64,000 nucleotides of DNA from an uncultured Gemmatimonadales bacterium (GCA_963817715.1 CAWFPG010000009.1:117574-181573), one strand, 5' to 3'; shown: positions 1 to 9,324, counted from the first letter of the stretch. Numbers and translations: made by a program. The notes: generated by a model not told the origin, from the letters alone.

Positions 1-2
1 CT

Positions 3-731
3 CCCGACCCCGCTGCCTGGCAATCCAAGGCCCCCCAGGACTTCGTCACCGTGGTCGATCGCACCGCCGAGGCGATGATCAGCGAGAGTCTCGGCCGGGC
101 GGTGCCCGACAGCCGGGTCCTCGGCGAGGAGGGCAGCCCGACCCTGGCCGATCTCGCCGGACTGGTCTGGGTGGTCGATCCGCTCGATGGCACCACCAAT
201 TTCCTGCACGGCTACCCGATGTGGGCCGTCTCGATCGGCGCCGCGATCGATGGCGAGCTGGTGGCCGGCTGCGTGTTCGATGTCCCGTCGATGCGGCGCG
301 CCACGGCGTGGCGCGGCGGTGGCACCTGGTGCAACGGCACCCGGGCGCGGGTCTCGACCATCGCAGAGCCATCGCGCGCGCTGCTCGCCACCGGCTTCCC
401 GTTCAAGCATCCCGACCAGCTGGCGGCATTCCTGGCGCAGTTCGCCAGGGTGCTTCCCTCGACCAGCGGCGTGCGCCGTGGCGGCGCCGCCGCGATCGAC
501 CTGCTCGACCTCGCCCTGGGCCATCTCGATGCCTTCTGGGAACTGCGGTTGGCTCCCTGGGACACCGCAGCGGGCATCGTGCTGGTGCGCGAGGCCGGTG
601 GGGTGGTCACCCGGCTCGACGGGACGCCGCTGGGCGTGGAGCACGCCGCGGTGGTCGCCGGCAACCCGGCGATGCACGCGTGGCTGCTGGACATGATGGA
701 CGAGATACGAGATACGAGATACGAGACATGA
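3..731 (+). CDS. inositol monophosphatase family protein, 5' end cut by window edge
   Basis: ORF 51..731 has IMPase motifs WVVDPLDGTTNFLHG and WDTAAGIVLVREAGG. The same frame is open back to nt 3 (KAPQDFVTVVDRTAE), so the start lies upstream of the window. The last codons (DEIRDTRYET) and the stop are encoded by the heptamer repeat at 701-742. Confidence 0.85.
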   Translation, partial: PDPAAWQSKAPQDFVTVVDRTAEAMISESLGRAVPDSRVLGEEGSPTLADLAGLVWVVDPLDGTTNFLHGYPMWAVSIGAAIDGELVAGCVFDVPSMRRATAWRGGGTWCNGTRARVSTIAEPSRALLATGFPFKHPDQLAAFLAQFARVLPSTSGVRRGGAAAIDLLDLALGHLDAFWELRLAPWDTAAGIVLVREAGGVVTRLDGTPLGVEHAAVVAGNPAMHAWLLDMMDEIRDTRYET

Positions 732-822
732 GAGACGAGAGACGTGATCATCAGGAGGGCCGGCTCCCGCAGCGGGATGCCGGCCGTACAAACGTCCATC
801 GTATCTCGTATCTCGTATCTCG
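701..822. repeat. inverted repeat with tandem-heptamer arms (unit CGAGATA)
   Basis: 701-742 is cgagata x3 followed by cgagaca tgagaga cgagaga. 799-822 is the perfect reverse complement of 701-724 (24/24). The 74-nt spacer holds a nested ggccggc...gccggcc stem. It lies between the convergent IMPase and map stop codons. Confidence 0.9.
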
Positions 823-823
823 C

Positions 824-1576
824 CTACCCCGTCGTCAGGATCACCGGCCCATCGCCGGTGATGGCGATCGTGTGCTCGAAGTGGGCCGAGCGGGAGCCGT
901 CCTGGGTGACGACCGTCCACTTGTCACTGAGGGTGCGGGTGGCCGGCGAGCCGATGGTGATCATCGGCTCGATCGCGATGGTCATGCCGGCGCGGAGTGC
1001 CGGCCCACGATGCGGCGAACCGAAGTTGGGCACCTGCGGCTCCTCGTGAAACCGGGCGCCGATACCGTGGCCCACCAGCTCGCGCACCACCCCGTAGCCG
1101 GCGCCCTCCGCGACCGTCTGCACGGCGTGGCCGATGTCGCCGACGTGGTGCCCCACCACCGCCGCGGCGATCCCGGCGGCCAGCGACGCCTGGGTCACCT
1201 CCAGCAGGCGGTGGATCGCCTCATCGACCTCGCCCACCGGGATCGTGGTGGCGCTGTCGGCGTGGAGTCCGTCGAGGCAGGCGCCGACATCGACCGACAC
1301 GATCGAGCCCTCGTGCAGCACCACCTTTGGCGAGGGGATACCATGCACGATCTCGGTGTCGACCGAGGTGCAGAGGGTGGCCGGAAAGCCGTAGAGCCCC
1401 TTGAACGACGGGGTGGCGCCGGGGTGGCTCCGGATGAAGCGCTCGGCCTCGGCGTCGAGGTCGGCGGTCGACATCCCCGGCTCGAGGATCTCGCGCATCC
1501 GGGCCAGGGTGTCGTGCACGATCCGGCCGGCGCGGCGCATCGTGTCGAGCTCGCGGGGCGACTTGAGGGTGATCAC
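824..1576 (-). CDS. map: methionine aminopeptidase, type I
   Basis: ORF 824..1669 has MetAP motifs (EIVHGIPS, DVGACLDGLHADSA, GHGIGARFHEEPQV, MTIAIEPMI). Start set at GTG 1576 (VITLKSPRELD), which overlaps the adk stop as GTGA. Confidence 0.9.
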   Translation of the reverse strand: MITLKSPRELDTMRRAGRIVHDTLARMREILEPGMSTADLDAEAERFIRSHPGATPSFKGLYGFPATLCTSVDTEIVHGIPSPKVVLHEGSIVSVDVGACLDGLHADSATTIPVGEVDEAIHRLLEVTQASLAAGIAAAVVGHHVGDIGHAVQTVAEGAGYGVVRELVGHGIGARFHEEPQVPNFGSPHRGPALRAGMTIAIEPMITIGSPATRTLSDKWTVVTQDGSRSAHFEHTIAITGDGPVILTTG

Positions 1577-2139
1577 GCGGCGGCGATCGCTTTGCGGACC
1601 CGGGCCGCGACATCGTCGACGCTCCCCACCGCGTCGAGCCGGGTCACCCCGCCCCGTTCGTCGTACCACGAGAGCACCGGCGCGGTCTGCTCCCGGTAGG
1701 CGCGCAGTCGGCGCGCCACGGCGGTCGGATCGTCGTCGGCGCGGCCTTCGATGTTCCGGCGCTTCTCGAGCCGGGCCAGCAGCTCCTCATCGGCGACATC
1801 GAAGAAGAGCACATGGTCGATCCGGCGGCCGCGCTCGGCGAGCATCGCCGCCATCCCCTCGGCCTGCGGGATGGTGCGCACCACGCCGTCGAAGATCACC
1901 CCGCCGGCGGCCCGCGGCTGGTCGAGCTCGTCGCGGATCACCCCGAGGATGATCTCGTCGGAGACCAGTTCACCGGCCTCCATGACGGCCCTGGCCTGGC
2001 GCCCCAGTGGGGTCTCGCGGGCCACCGCGTCCCGCAGCAGGTCGCCGGTGGCGAACCTGGGGAGGCCGAGGGCCTCGGCGAGGATGGCACCCTGGGTGCC
2101 CTTGCCGGCCCCCGGGGGGCCGAGGAGGAGGATGTCCAT
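1573..2139 (-). CDS. adk: adenylate kinase (short-LID form, 188 aa)
   Basis: MDILLLGPPGAGKGTQG P-loop and conserved position after secY. Confidence 0.93.
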   Translation of the reverse strand: MDILLLGPPGAGKGTQGAILAEALGLPRFATGDLLRDAVARETPLGRQARAVMEAGELVSDEIILGVIRDELDQPRAAGGVIFDGVVRTIPQAEGMAAMLAERGRRIDHVLFFDVADEELLARLEKRRNIEGRADDDPTAVARRLRAYREQTAPVLSWYDERGGVTRLDAVGSVDDVAARVRKAIAAA

Positions 2140-2156
2140 CGGTCAGTGCGCTCCTT

Positions 2157-2209
2157 GTTCGCAAACGGCGAACGGCGAACGGCGAGAGGAATCCGCACCG
2201 TTCGCCGTG
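2157..2209. repeat. heptamer-arm hairpin (unit AACGGCG) in the secY-adk spacer
   Basis: aacggcg x3 at 2164-2184. The complementary caccgttcgccgtg at 2196-2209 pairs with about 11 nt of the array. Confidence 0.75.
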
Positions 2210-2233
2210 TACCGATCGCCGTGGCCGGTTGGC

Positions 2234-3553
2234 CTACGTGCCGAACCGGCTCTGCCGGCCACGGGCCTTGACCCGTCCCGACTTCATGAAGCCGTCGTAC
2301 TTCCGCAGCGTGCGGTGCTGCTCGATCTGGGCGATCGTGTCGAGCAACACGCCGACGACGATCAGGATCGAGGTCCCGCCGAACTGGAAGGTCGGGACAT
2401 TGAGCATCTTGGCGACGATGATCGGGATGATCGCGACCACGGCCAGGAACAGCGACCCCGGCAGGGTGATCCGGCCCAGCACGCCGTCGATGTAGTCGGC
2501 GGTGGCGGCGCCGGGCTTCACGCCCGGGATGAAGGCGCCCTGCTTCTTCAGGTTCTCGGCCAGGTCAACCGAGTTGAAGATGATCGAGGTGTAGAAGTAG
2601 CTGAACACCACGATCAGCAGCGCGAACAGGATGTTGTAGGCCGTCGAGCCGGGCACCAGGAAGTTGGCGACCTCGCGCAGCATCCCGTTCTGGGTGAACG
2701 AGGCCAGCGTGGTGGGCACGATGATCACGGTCTGGGCGAAGATGATCGGCATCACGCCGGCGGTGATCAGCCGGACCGGGATGAAGGTCTTCTGGCCCTC
2801 GCGGACCCGGCCGCGACCCATCACCTTGCGCGGGATCTGGATCGGGATCTTGCGGGCGGCGAGGGTCATCGACACCACCGCGGTGATCATCCCCACCAGC
2901 ACCGCCAGGAAGAGCACCGCCGCGGGGAACGACATCACCCCATCGCGGACGAAGCCGATCATGTGGAAGGTGCCGGGCCAGAGCCGCTCGAGGATCGACA
3001 CGGTGATCAGCAGCGACATGCCGTTGCCGATGCCCCGCTCGGTGATCTGCTCACCGAGCCACATCACGAAGATCGCGCCGGTGGTGAGGATCACCACCAT
3101 CAGCATCCGGCTCACGAAGCCCGGGTTGGGCACCGCGCCGAGTCCCTCGACGAAGAGCGCGAAGGTGTAGGCCTGGGAGAGCGAGATCAGGACCGTGAGG
3201 TACCGGGTCCACTGGGTGATCTTCTTCCGGCCCTCCTCGTCCTTCTGCATCTTGCCGACGGTCGGCACCACGCCGGCCGCCAGCTGGAAGACGATCGATG
3301 CCGAGATGTACGGCATGATCCCGAGGGCGAGGATCGTCGCCCGCGAGAGGCCGCCACCGAGGGCGTCGTAGAGCTGGAAGAGGGTGCCGGAGGTCGTGGA
3401 GGTCTGCAGGTAGGCCTGCAGGGCGGCCACGTCGACGGTGGGCGACACGATGTGCGCGCCCACCCGATAGATGAAGATCGCCAGCGCCGTGAAGAGGAGC
3501 TTGTTCTTCAGTTCCTCGTCGATGTTGAGGCCCGGCATGCGCGGTGCGGTCAT
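2234..3553 (-). CDS. secY: preprotein translocase subunit SecY
   Basis: 439 aa multi-TM protein with SecY-typical sequence (LGIMPYISASIVFQL, GGTSILIVVGV). Follows rplO with a 1-nt overlap. Confidence 0.95.
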   Translation of the reverse strand: MTAPRMPGLNIDEELKNKLLFTALAIFIYRVGAHIVSPTVDVAALQAYLQTSTTSGTLFQLYDALGGGLSRATILALGIMPYISASIVFQLAAGVVPTVGKMQKDEEGRKKITQWTRYLTVLISLSQAYTFALFVEGLGAVPNPGFVSRMLMVVILTTGAIFVMWLGEQITERGIGNGMSLLITVSILERLWPGTFHMIGFVRDGVMSFPAAVLFLAVLVGMITAVVSMTLAARKIPIQIPRKVMGRGRVREGQKTFIPVRLITAGVMPIIFAQTVIIVPTTLASFTQNGMLREVANFLVPGSTAYNILFALLIVVFSYFYTSIIFNSVDLAENLKKQGAFIPGVKPGAATADYIDGVLGRITLPGSLFLAVVAIIPIIVAKMLNVPTFQFGGTSILIVVGVLLDTIAQIEQHRTLRKYDGFMKSGRVKARGRQSRFGT

Positions 3554-4020
3554 CAGCCCTCGACCTTGCCGCCCGCTGCCTCGATCTTGGCCCGGGCCGA
3601 CGCCGACACAGGAATCCCGCGGACCGTGAGCGCCCGGTCGATCTCACCGGTACCCAGCAGCTTGACCGCGGCGCCGACCTTGTCCAGCAGCCCGGCGGCG
3701 ACCAGCGTCTCGGGGCTCACCTCATCACCGGTCAGGTCGACGAGCTCGCGGAGGTTGATCCCGCGAACCTCGACCCGGAACGGATTCGTGAAGCCGCGCT
3801 TGGGCAGCCGCCGGTAGAGCGGCATCTGGCCGCCCTCGAAGCCGGGGTTGGAACTGCCGCCGGAACGCGCCTTGTGGCCCTTGTGGCCGCGACCCGACGT
3901 CTTGCCGAGGCCGCTGCCGGGCCCGCGGCCCACCCGCTTGCGAGCCTGCCGCGAGCCGGGGGCCGGGGCAAGGTTCGAGAGGGTCACCCGCTCGACCGTC
4001 TCCTGGTCCTTCTTCGCCAT
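3553..4020 (-). CDS. rplO: 50S ribosomal protein L15 (uL15)
   Basis: 155 aa with KRVGRGPGSGLGKTSGRGHKG motif; spc-operon position. Confidence 0.95.
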   Translation of the reverse strand: MAKKDQETVERVTLSNLAPAPGSRQARKRVGRGPGSGLGKTSGRGHKGHKARSGGSSNPGFEGGQMPLYRRLPKRGFTNPFRVEVRGINLRELVDLTGDEVSPETLVAAGLLDKVGAAVKLLGTGEIDRALTVRGIPVSASARAKIEAAGGKVEG

Positions 4021-4023
4021 GAG

Positions 4024-4284
4024 CTAGTTCTCCTGGACCGGGGCCACCTCGACGAGGTGGCGCACCTTGGTCAGCATGCCCCGCATGGTCGCGGTGTTGT
4101 CCACCTCGACCGAGGCCTGGTGGTGCCTGAGGCCGATCGCCTCGAGGGTACGGCGCATCGTCGCCGGGTGACCGATCCCCGATCGGATCTGCTTCACCCA
4201 CAGCCGCTTGGCGTCGGCCTCGGCCGGAATCACCGCCGCATGATGCGCCGGGCCCTGCCGACCGACCACTGGATTTCGTCCCAT
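4024..4284 (-). CDS. rpmD: 50S ribosomal protein L30 (uL30)
   Basis: Contains VKQIRSGIGHPATMRRTLEAIGLR..RGMLTKVRHLVEV. The longest ORF (86 aa) starts 3 nt after the rpsE stop. A shorter GTG start near 4233 is possible. Confidence 0.85.
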   Translation of the reverse strand: MGRNPVVGRQGPAHHAAVIPAEADAKRLWVKQIRSGIGHPATMRRTLEAIGLRHHQASVEVDNTATMRGMLTKVRHLVEVAPVQEN

Positions 4285-4287
4285 CGT

Positions 4288-4950
4288 TCAGCGCTCCTGC
4301 TGGCGGGCGCGATAGCCGACCTGGTTCGGTGCGATGCCGCGCTCGCGCGCGACCTGCTCGACCGACACCAGATGGTTCAGCCCTGACATGGTGGCCTGCA
4401 CCATGTTGTGCGGGTTGTTGGAGCCGAGGCTCTTGGTCAGGATGTCGGTGATCCCGGCGCACTCCAGCACCGCGCGCACCGGGCCGCCGGCGATCACGCC
4501 GGTGCCGCTCGCGGCGGGCTTGAGCAACACCCGTCCGGCGCCGTGCTCGCCCACGATCTCGTGGGGGATGGTCGACCCGGTGCGGGGAATCGAGGTCATC
4601 GCCCGCTTGGCGGCCTCGACCGCCTTGCGCACCGCCTCGGCCACCTCGTTCGCCTTGCCGGTGGCCACGCCGACCCGGCCCTTGCCGTCGCCGACCGCCA
4701 CCAGGGCGTTGAACGAGAACCGCCGGCCGCCCTTGACCACCTTGGCGACCCGGTTGATCGAGATCACGTTCTCCACCGTGTCCTTGTCGCCGTCGCGATC
4801 GTCGCGCCGGTCACGACCGCGTCCCGGCCCGCGACCGCCACGACCGCCGCGTCCCTGGCCGCCCCGGCCACGGCCCCGACCCTGGGTGGCATTGGTCGGG
4901 GGACTCCCCTCGATCGGGGTGGCGCTGGGCTGCGTCTTCTCGTCGCTCAT
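4288..4950 (-). CDS. rpsE: 30S ribosomal protein S5 (uS5) with RG-rich N-terminal extension
   Basis: uS5 core ([31 protein letters not shown]) preceded by about 55 aa of [30 protein letters not shown]. Confidence 0.93.
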   Translation of the reverse strand: MSDEKTQPSATPIEGSPPTNATQGRGRGRGGQGRGGRGGRGPGRGRDRRDDRDGDKDTVENVISINRVAKVVKGGRRFSFNALVAVGDGKGRVGVATGKANEVAEAVRKAVEAAKRAMTSIPRTGSTIPHEIVGEHGAGRVLLKPAASGTGVIAGGPVRAVLECAGITDILTKSLGSNNPHNMVQATMSGLNHLVSVEQVARERGIAPNQVGYRARQQER

Positions 4951-5321
4951 CAGAACTCCAGTCCGCCCTCGCGGGCACCGTCGGCGACCGCCTTGACGCG
5001 GCCATGATACTGGTAGCCGGCGCGGTCGAACACCACCCGGGTGATTCCCGCCGCCTTCGCCTTGTCGGCCAGCAGCTTGCCGACCGCGTGGGCCCGGACC
5101 GTCTTGCCGGTGCCATCGACCACGACGCCCTCGCTGGTGTCGGCCACGCCGAACAGTGCCACGCCGCGATCGTCGTCGATCAGCTGGGCGTAGATGTGCT
5201 TGAGTGACCGGTACACCACCAGCCGCGGGCGCTCGGCGGTGCCGGCGACCCGGCGGCGCACCCGGAGGTGGCGGCGGTAGCGCCGCTGGCGCTCGGTCTT
5301 GGGACTGTGAATCGGCCGCAT
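4950..5321 (-). CDS. rplR: 50S ribosomal protein L18 (uL18)
   Basis: 123 aa: [18 protein letters not shown]...[22 protein letters not shown]. Confidence 0.95.
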   Translation of the reverse strand: MRPIHSPKTERQRRYRRHLRVRRRVAGTAERPRLVVYRSLKHIYAQLIDDDRGVALFGVADTSEGVVVDGTGKTVRAHAVGKLLADKAKAAGITRVVFDRAGYQYHGRVKAVADGAREGGLEF

Positions 5322-5862
5322 TTACTTCGCTCCGGTCTTGCCCGCCTTGCGGCGGACCTGTTCACCCTGATAGCGGATCCCCTTGCCCTTGTAGGGCTCG
5401 GGTGGCCGCACCGCACGGATCTCGGCGGCGACCTGACCCACCAGTTCCTTGTCGATTCCCTCGACCTTGAGCAGCGTCGGGGTCTCGACCACCAGCGAGA
5501 TACCCTCGGGCGCCTTGAAGGCGACCTGATGGGACAGCCCCACCACCAGGTTGACCCCGAACGGCTTCGGTTCGGCCTTGTAGCCGACGCCCTGCAGCTC
5601 GAGGGCCTTCATGTACCCCTGCGACACTCCCTGGACCATGTTGGCCACCAGGCTCCGCGACAGGCCGTGCAGCGCCTTGTGGCGGGTCGCTTCGGAGGGA
5701 CGCTCCACCGTGACGATGTTCCCCTCGACGACGAATCGCATCTCACCCGGCAGGGTCCGCGCTGAGGCTCCCCTTGGGACCCTTCACGGTGACCGTGCTG
5801 CCGTCGATGGCGATGGTGACGCCGGCCGGGAGCTCGATCGGCTGCTTACCAATGCGCGACAT
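5322..5862 (-). CDS. rplF: 50S ribosomal protein L6 (uL6), reading frame broken once
   Basis: ATG 5862 to TGA 5743 encodes [34 protein letters not shown]... ORF 5322..5741, plus its open upstream frame, encodes ..[33 protein letters not shown]. Total length is 541 nt (3n+1). Dropping one G of the GGGG run (cccc 5770-5773 on the + strand) gives one continuous uL6. Confidence 0.85.
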
Positions 5863-5872
5863 CGGCTCCCCC

Positions 5873-6268
5873 TTACCAGACGACGGCGAGGAGTTCGCCG
5901 CCCAGGTTGGCCGAGCGGGCCTCGCGATCGGTCATCAGCCCCTTCGGGGTCGAGACGATCGCGATGCCGAGGCCGTTCTTGACGCGCGGGATCTCGCGGC
6001 ACTTCACGTAGCGCCGCAGGCCGGGCGTCGACACCCGCTGCAGCGCGCGGATCACCGGCAGCTCGTTGTGATACTTCAGGTACAGTCGCAGCGTCCCTGC
6101 CGGGCCATCCTCGAGCACCCGGAAGTCGGCGATGTAGTGGTTGTCCCGCAGCAGCCGGGCGAACTCGGCCTTGAGCTTCGACGCGGGAATATCCACGCGC
6201 TTGTGCCCTGCCGAACAGGCGTTGCGGATGCGGGTCAGCATATCCGCGACCGGATCAGTCATGCTCAT
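5873..6268 (-). CDS. rpsH: 30S ribosomal protein S8 (uS8)
   Basis: [17 protein letters not shown]... from ATG 6268, preceded by GGAGAGA. The longer ORF start at 6358 would overlap rplE. Confidence 0.93.
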   Translation of the reverse strand: MSMTDPVADMLTRIRNACSAGHKRVDIPASKLKAEFARLLRDNHYIADFRVLEDGPAGTLRLYLKYHNELPVIRALQRVSTPGLRRYVKCREIPRVKNGLGIAIVSTPKGLMTDREARSANLGGELLAVVW

Positions 6269-6278
6269 GCGTCTCTCC

Positions 6279-6968
6279 TCAGGCCAGCTGGAGCGACAAC
6301 GGTGTCTCGCCCCGGAACGGCCAGCCGAACTCGCGAAGCAGCGCCATCGCGAGGTCATCGCGGCCTGCCGTGGTCACCAGGGTGATGTCCATCCCGTGCA
6401 CCTGTTCGACCTTGTCGTAGTCGATTTCCGGGAAGATCATCTGTTCCTTCACACCGAACGTGTAGTTCCCGCTGCCGTCGAACGAACGGTCCGGCAGGCC
6501 GCGGAAGTCGCGGATACGGGGGATCGCCAGGGTGATGAAGCGGTCGAGGAACTCGTACATCCTCGCGCCGCGAAGCGTCACCCTCGCGCCGACGGGCATC
6601 CCGGCGCGGAGGTGGAAATTGGCGATCGCCTTCTTGGCCCGGGTCACGACCGCGCGCTGGCCGGTGATCTGGGCCAGCTCCTCGATCGCGACCTCGACCA
6701 GGCGGGGCGTGCCCGCCGCCTCGCCGAGGCCGACATTGAGGACGATCTTGTGGAGCCGCGGCACCTGATTCGGGTTCTCGAGCCCGAATTCCTTGGCCAG
6801 TCGGGCCCGGATCGTCTCCTCGTAGTACCGCTGCAGCCGGGGCTTCCCCACGCTCGCGCGGGGGCTCTCCTCGACCGGCAGGGTCGCGCCGCCCTTGGAT
6901 CCGCCGCCGGAGGCGGCCGACTTGGTGCGGGTGGCGGCGGTGCCGCCCTTGGTGGTCTTCGTCGCCAT
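6279..6968 (-). CDS. rplE: 50S ribosomal protein L5 (uL5) with N-terminal extension
   Basis: uL5 core ([29 protein letters not shown]) after about 40 aa of a Lys/Gly/Thr/Ser-rich extension. Confidence 0.93.
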   Translation of the reverse strand: MATKTTKGGTAATRTKSAASGGGSKGGATLPVEESPRASVGKPRLQRYYEETIRARLAKEFGLENPNQVPRLHKIVLNVGLGEAAGTPRLVEVAIEELAQITGQRAVVTRAKKAIANFHLRAGMPVGARVTLRGARMYEFLDRFITLAIPRIRDFRGLPDRSFDGSGNYTFGVKEQMIFPEIDYDKVEQVHGMDITLVTTAGRDDLAMALLREFGWPFRGETPLSLQLA

Positions 6969-6970
6969 CG

Positions 6971-7354
6971 TCAGCGGTTCCTCGGGATGGCATCGCCCGA
7001 GCGGACCGCGATCCGCTCCAGCGTCCCGTCGGCATCCTTGCGCCGGCGGACGCGGGTCGGCGCGTCGGTCTTCGGGTCGATCAGCATCACCTTCGAATGG
7101 TCCAGCGGGGCCGGGAACGTCACGATCCCGGCCTCGGCAGTCTGGGTCGCCTTGCGGTGCCGCTTGGCGAGGTTGACCCCCTCGACGACCACGCGGCCGG
7201 TCTTGGGGAAGACCCGGAGCACGGTGCCGCGCTTGCCCTTCTCGTCGCCCCGAATCACCTGGACGAGGTCGCCCTTGGTGATGTGGAGCTTCTTCCGGGT
7301 CGGCTTCGGCTGGGTGCGCACCCGGGCCGCCTTGCGGTGGACGAGCGGCTTCAT
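6971..7354 (-). CDS. rplX: 50S ribosomal protein L24 (uL24)
   Basis: KOW motif [24 protein letters not shown]; operon position. Confidence 0.94.
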   Translation of the reverse strand: MKPLVHRKAARVRTQPKPTRKKLHITKGDLVQVIRGDEKGKRGTVLRVFPKTGRVVVEGVNLAKRHRKATQTAEAGIVTFPAPLDHSKVMLIDPKTDAPTRVRRRKDADGTLERIAVRSGDAIPRNR

Positions 7355-7355
7355 G

Positions 7356-7724
7356 TCAGATCACCTCCGGCGCGAGCGAGACGATCTTCATGTACCGCTT
7401 CTCGCGCAGTTCACGGGCCACCGGCCCGAAGATGCGGGTCGCTCGGGGCTCGCCCTGATCGTTGATCAGGACGGCCGCGTTCTCGTCGAACCGGATGTAG
7501 GAGCCGTCCTTGCGGCGGACCTCCTTGGCGGTCCGGACGATGACGGCCTTGGCCACCTCGCCCTTCTTCACCTGGCCGGTCGGGATCGCGTCCTTGATCG
7601 CCACGACCACCTTGTCGCCAAGGGAGGCGTAGCGGCGGCGCGACCCGCCCAGCACGCGGATCACCAGCGCCTTTCGGGCACCGGAATTGTCCGCGATCTT
7701 CAACATGCTCTCCTGCTGCACCAT
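7356..7724 (-). CDS. rplN: 50S ribosomal protein L14 (uL14)
   Basis: 122 aa: [27 protein letters not shown]. Confidence 0.96.
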   Translation of the reverse strand: MVQQESMLKIADNSGARKALVIRVLGGSRRRYASLGDKVVVAIKDAIPTGQVKKGEVAKAVIVRTAKEVRRKDGSYIRFDENAAVLINDQGEPRATRIFGPVARELREKRYMKIVSLAPEVI

Positions 7725-7742
7725 CGCTCGTTCCCCCGGGGC

Positions 7743-8030
7743 CTACTTGGCCCGCTCGACGACCGCGACGGTGCGCCAGCGAACGGACTTCGCCAGCGGT
7801 CGGGTCTCCATGATGCGCACGGTGTCGCCCGCCTTGGCGTCGTGATCGTTGCGGGCCTTCACCTTGGTGCTGCGCGTGATCTGCTTGCCGTACTTCGGGT
7901 GCGTGAATTGCCGGGTCAGGCGGACGGTGACCGTCTTCTCCATCTTGTCACTCACCACCACGCCCTGTCGGGTCTTCCGGGCGGCGCGCAGGCCGGCCGT
8001 CGTCGTCGTCTCGTCGCTCATTGGCATCAA
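7743..8030 (-). CDS. rpsQ: 30S ribosomal protein S17 (uS17)
   Basis: [29 protein letters not shown]. An alternative ATG at 8021 is possible. Confidence 0.93.
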   Translation of the reverse strand: MMPMSDETTTTAGLRAARKTRQGVVVSDKMEKTVTVRLTRQFTHPKYGKQITRSTKVKARNDHDAKAGDTVRIMETRPLAKSVRWRTVAVVERAK

Positions 8031-8224
8031 CCCTCGCGCGCCTTCTCGCCCAGGACGGTCTGCACCCGCGCGATGTCGCGGCGCAGCGCCCGGAACTCCA
8101 TGGGATTCTCGATCGCCTCAGTGGCCGAGCGGAACGAAAGCTTGAGCCGGGCCGTCTTCAGCTCGGCCAGGCGGGCCTCGAGTTCCTCGGTCGTCAGTTC
8201 GCGCAGGTCGGTCGCGTCCAGCAT
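8027..8224 (-). CDS. rpmC: 50S ribosomal protein L29 (uL29)
   Basis: 65 aa from ATG 8224 ([32 protein letters not shown]). Embedded in the longer spurious ORF 8027..8839. Confidence 0.9.
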   Translation of the reverse strand: MLDATDLRELTTEELEARLAELKTARLKLSFRSATEAIENPMEFRALRRDIARVQTVLGEKAREG

Positions 8225-8226
8225 CG

Positions 8227-8640
8227 TCAGATCTCCTCGCGCTGGATGACCCGGGTCCGCACCGGGAGCTTGGCCATCGCCAGCGCCATCGCCTTCCGTG
8301 CGAGGTCCTCGGGCACCCCGTCGACCTCGAACAGCACCCGGCCCGGCTTGATCACCGCGACCCAGCCCTCGGGGTTGCCCTTGCCCTTCCCCATCCGCGT
8401 CTCGGCCGGCTTCTTGGTGATCGGCTTGTCCGGGAAGATCCGGATCCAGACCTTGCCGCCGCGCTTCATCTCGCGGGTCATCGCCACACGGGCCGCCTCG
8501 ATCTGCCGGTTGGTGATCCAGCCCGGATCGAGCGACATGACGCCCCACTCGCCGAACGCGACGGTGTTGCCCCGGGTCGCGATGCCCTTGGTCCGTCCCT
8601 TGAAGGTCTTGCGGAACTTGATCCGCTTCGGTGCGAGCAT
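8227..8640 (-). CDS. rplP: 50S ribosomal protein L16 (uL16)
   Basis: 137 aa: [19 protein letters not shown]. Confidence 0.96.
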   Translation of the reverse strand: MLAPKRIKFRKTFKGRTKGIATRGNTVAFGEWGVMSLDPGWITNRQIEAARVAMTREMKRGGKVWIRIFPDKPITKKPAETRMGKGKGNPEGWVAVIKPGRVLFEVDGVPEDLARKAMALAMAKLPVRTRVIQREEI

Positions 8641-8645
8641 GGTCG

Positions 8646-9323
8646 TCAGCTCCCCGTGCTGTAGGTGCGGCCACCCATGTCGTCGACCACCTCACCGCGG
8701 AAGATCCAGACCTTGATCCCGATCGTCCCGTAGGTCGTCTTGGCCGTGCTGGTCGCGTAGTCGATGTCGGCCCGCAGGGTATGGAGTGGCACCCGCCCCT
8801 CGCGGTACCCCTCGGTCCGGGCGATCTCGGCGCCGCCAAGTCGCCCCGCGGCGCGCACCCGGATCCCCTGGGCGCCCATCCGCATGGCGCTCTGCACCGC
8901 GCGCTTCATCGCACGGCGGAACGAGATCCGCTGCACCAGCTGGGCGGCGATGTTGTCGCCAACCAGCTTGGCCGACAGCTCGGGCCGCTTGATCTCCTCG
9001 ACGTTGACCGCCACCTCGCGCGGCGAGCCGCTGTGCCGCTGGAGCACCAGCGCCAGCTCCTCGCGCAGCTTGTCGACCTCGGCGCCCTTCTTGCCGATCA
9101 CCACGCCGGGCCGGCCGGTGTGGATGGTGATGGTCACCTTCCCCGGCTTGCGCTCGATGTGGACCTCGGCGATCGCCGCGTGTCCGAGCCGCTTCTGGAT
9201 GTAGTCGCGGATCAGCCGGTCCTCGCCCAGCAGGGCGGGCATCGACTTGCCGGCGTACCAGCGCGACAGTGCCTGGCGGGTGATTCCGAGCCGGAACCCG
9301 ACCGGATGGGTCTTCTGCCCCAT
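8646..9323 (-). CDS. rpsC: 30S ribosomal protein S3 (uS3)
   Basis: 225 aa: [16 protein letters not shown]..., with KH-domain region. Confidence 0.96.
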   Translation of the reverse strand: MGQKTHPVGFRLGITRQALSRWYAGKSMPALLGEDRLIRDYIQKRLGHAAIAEVHIERKPGKVTITIHTGRPGVVIGKKGAEVDKLREELALVLQRHSGSPREVAVNVEEIKRPELSAKLVGDNIAAQLVQRISFRRAMKRAVQSAMRMGAQGIRVRAAGRLGGAEIARTEGYREGRVPLHTLRADIDYATSTAKTTYGTIGIKVWIFRGEVVDDMGGRTYSTGS

Positions 9324-9324
9324 G

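Noticed and set aside
5743-5790. Programmed ribosomal frameshifting as the explanation for the rplF, rpoC and sdaAB frame breaks.
   Set aside because: There is no slippery heptanucleotide, no internal Shine-Dalgarno plus rare-codon arrangement (as in prfB) and no downstream pseudoknot. The same type of break occurs in about 10 unrelated genes, almost always at short homopolymer runs, which points to sequence error.
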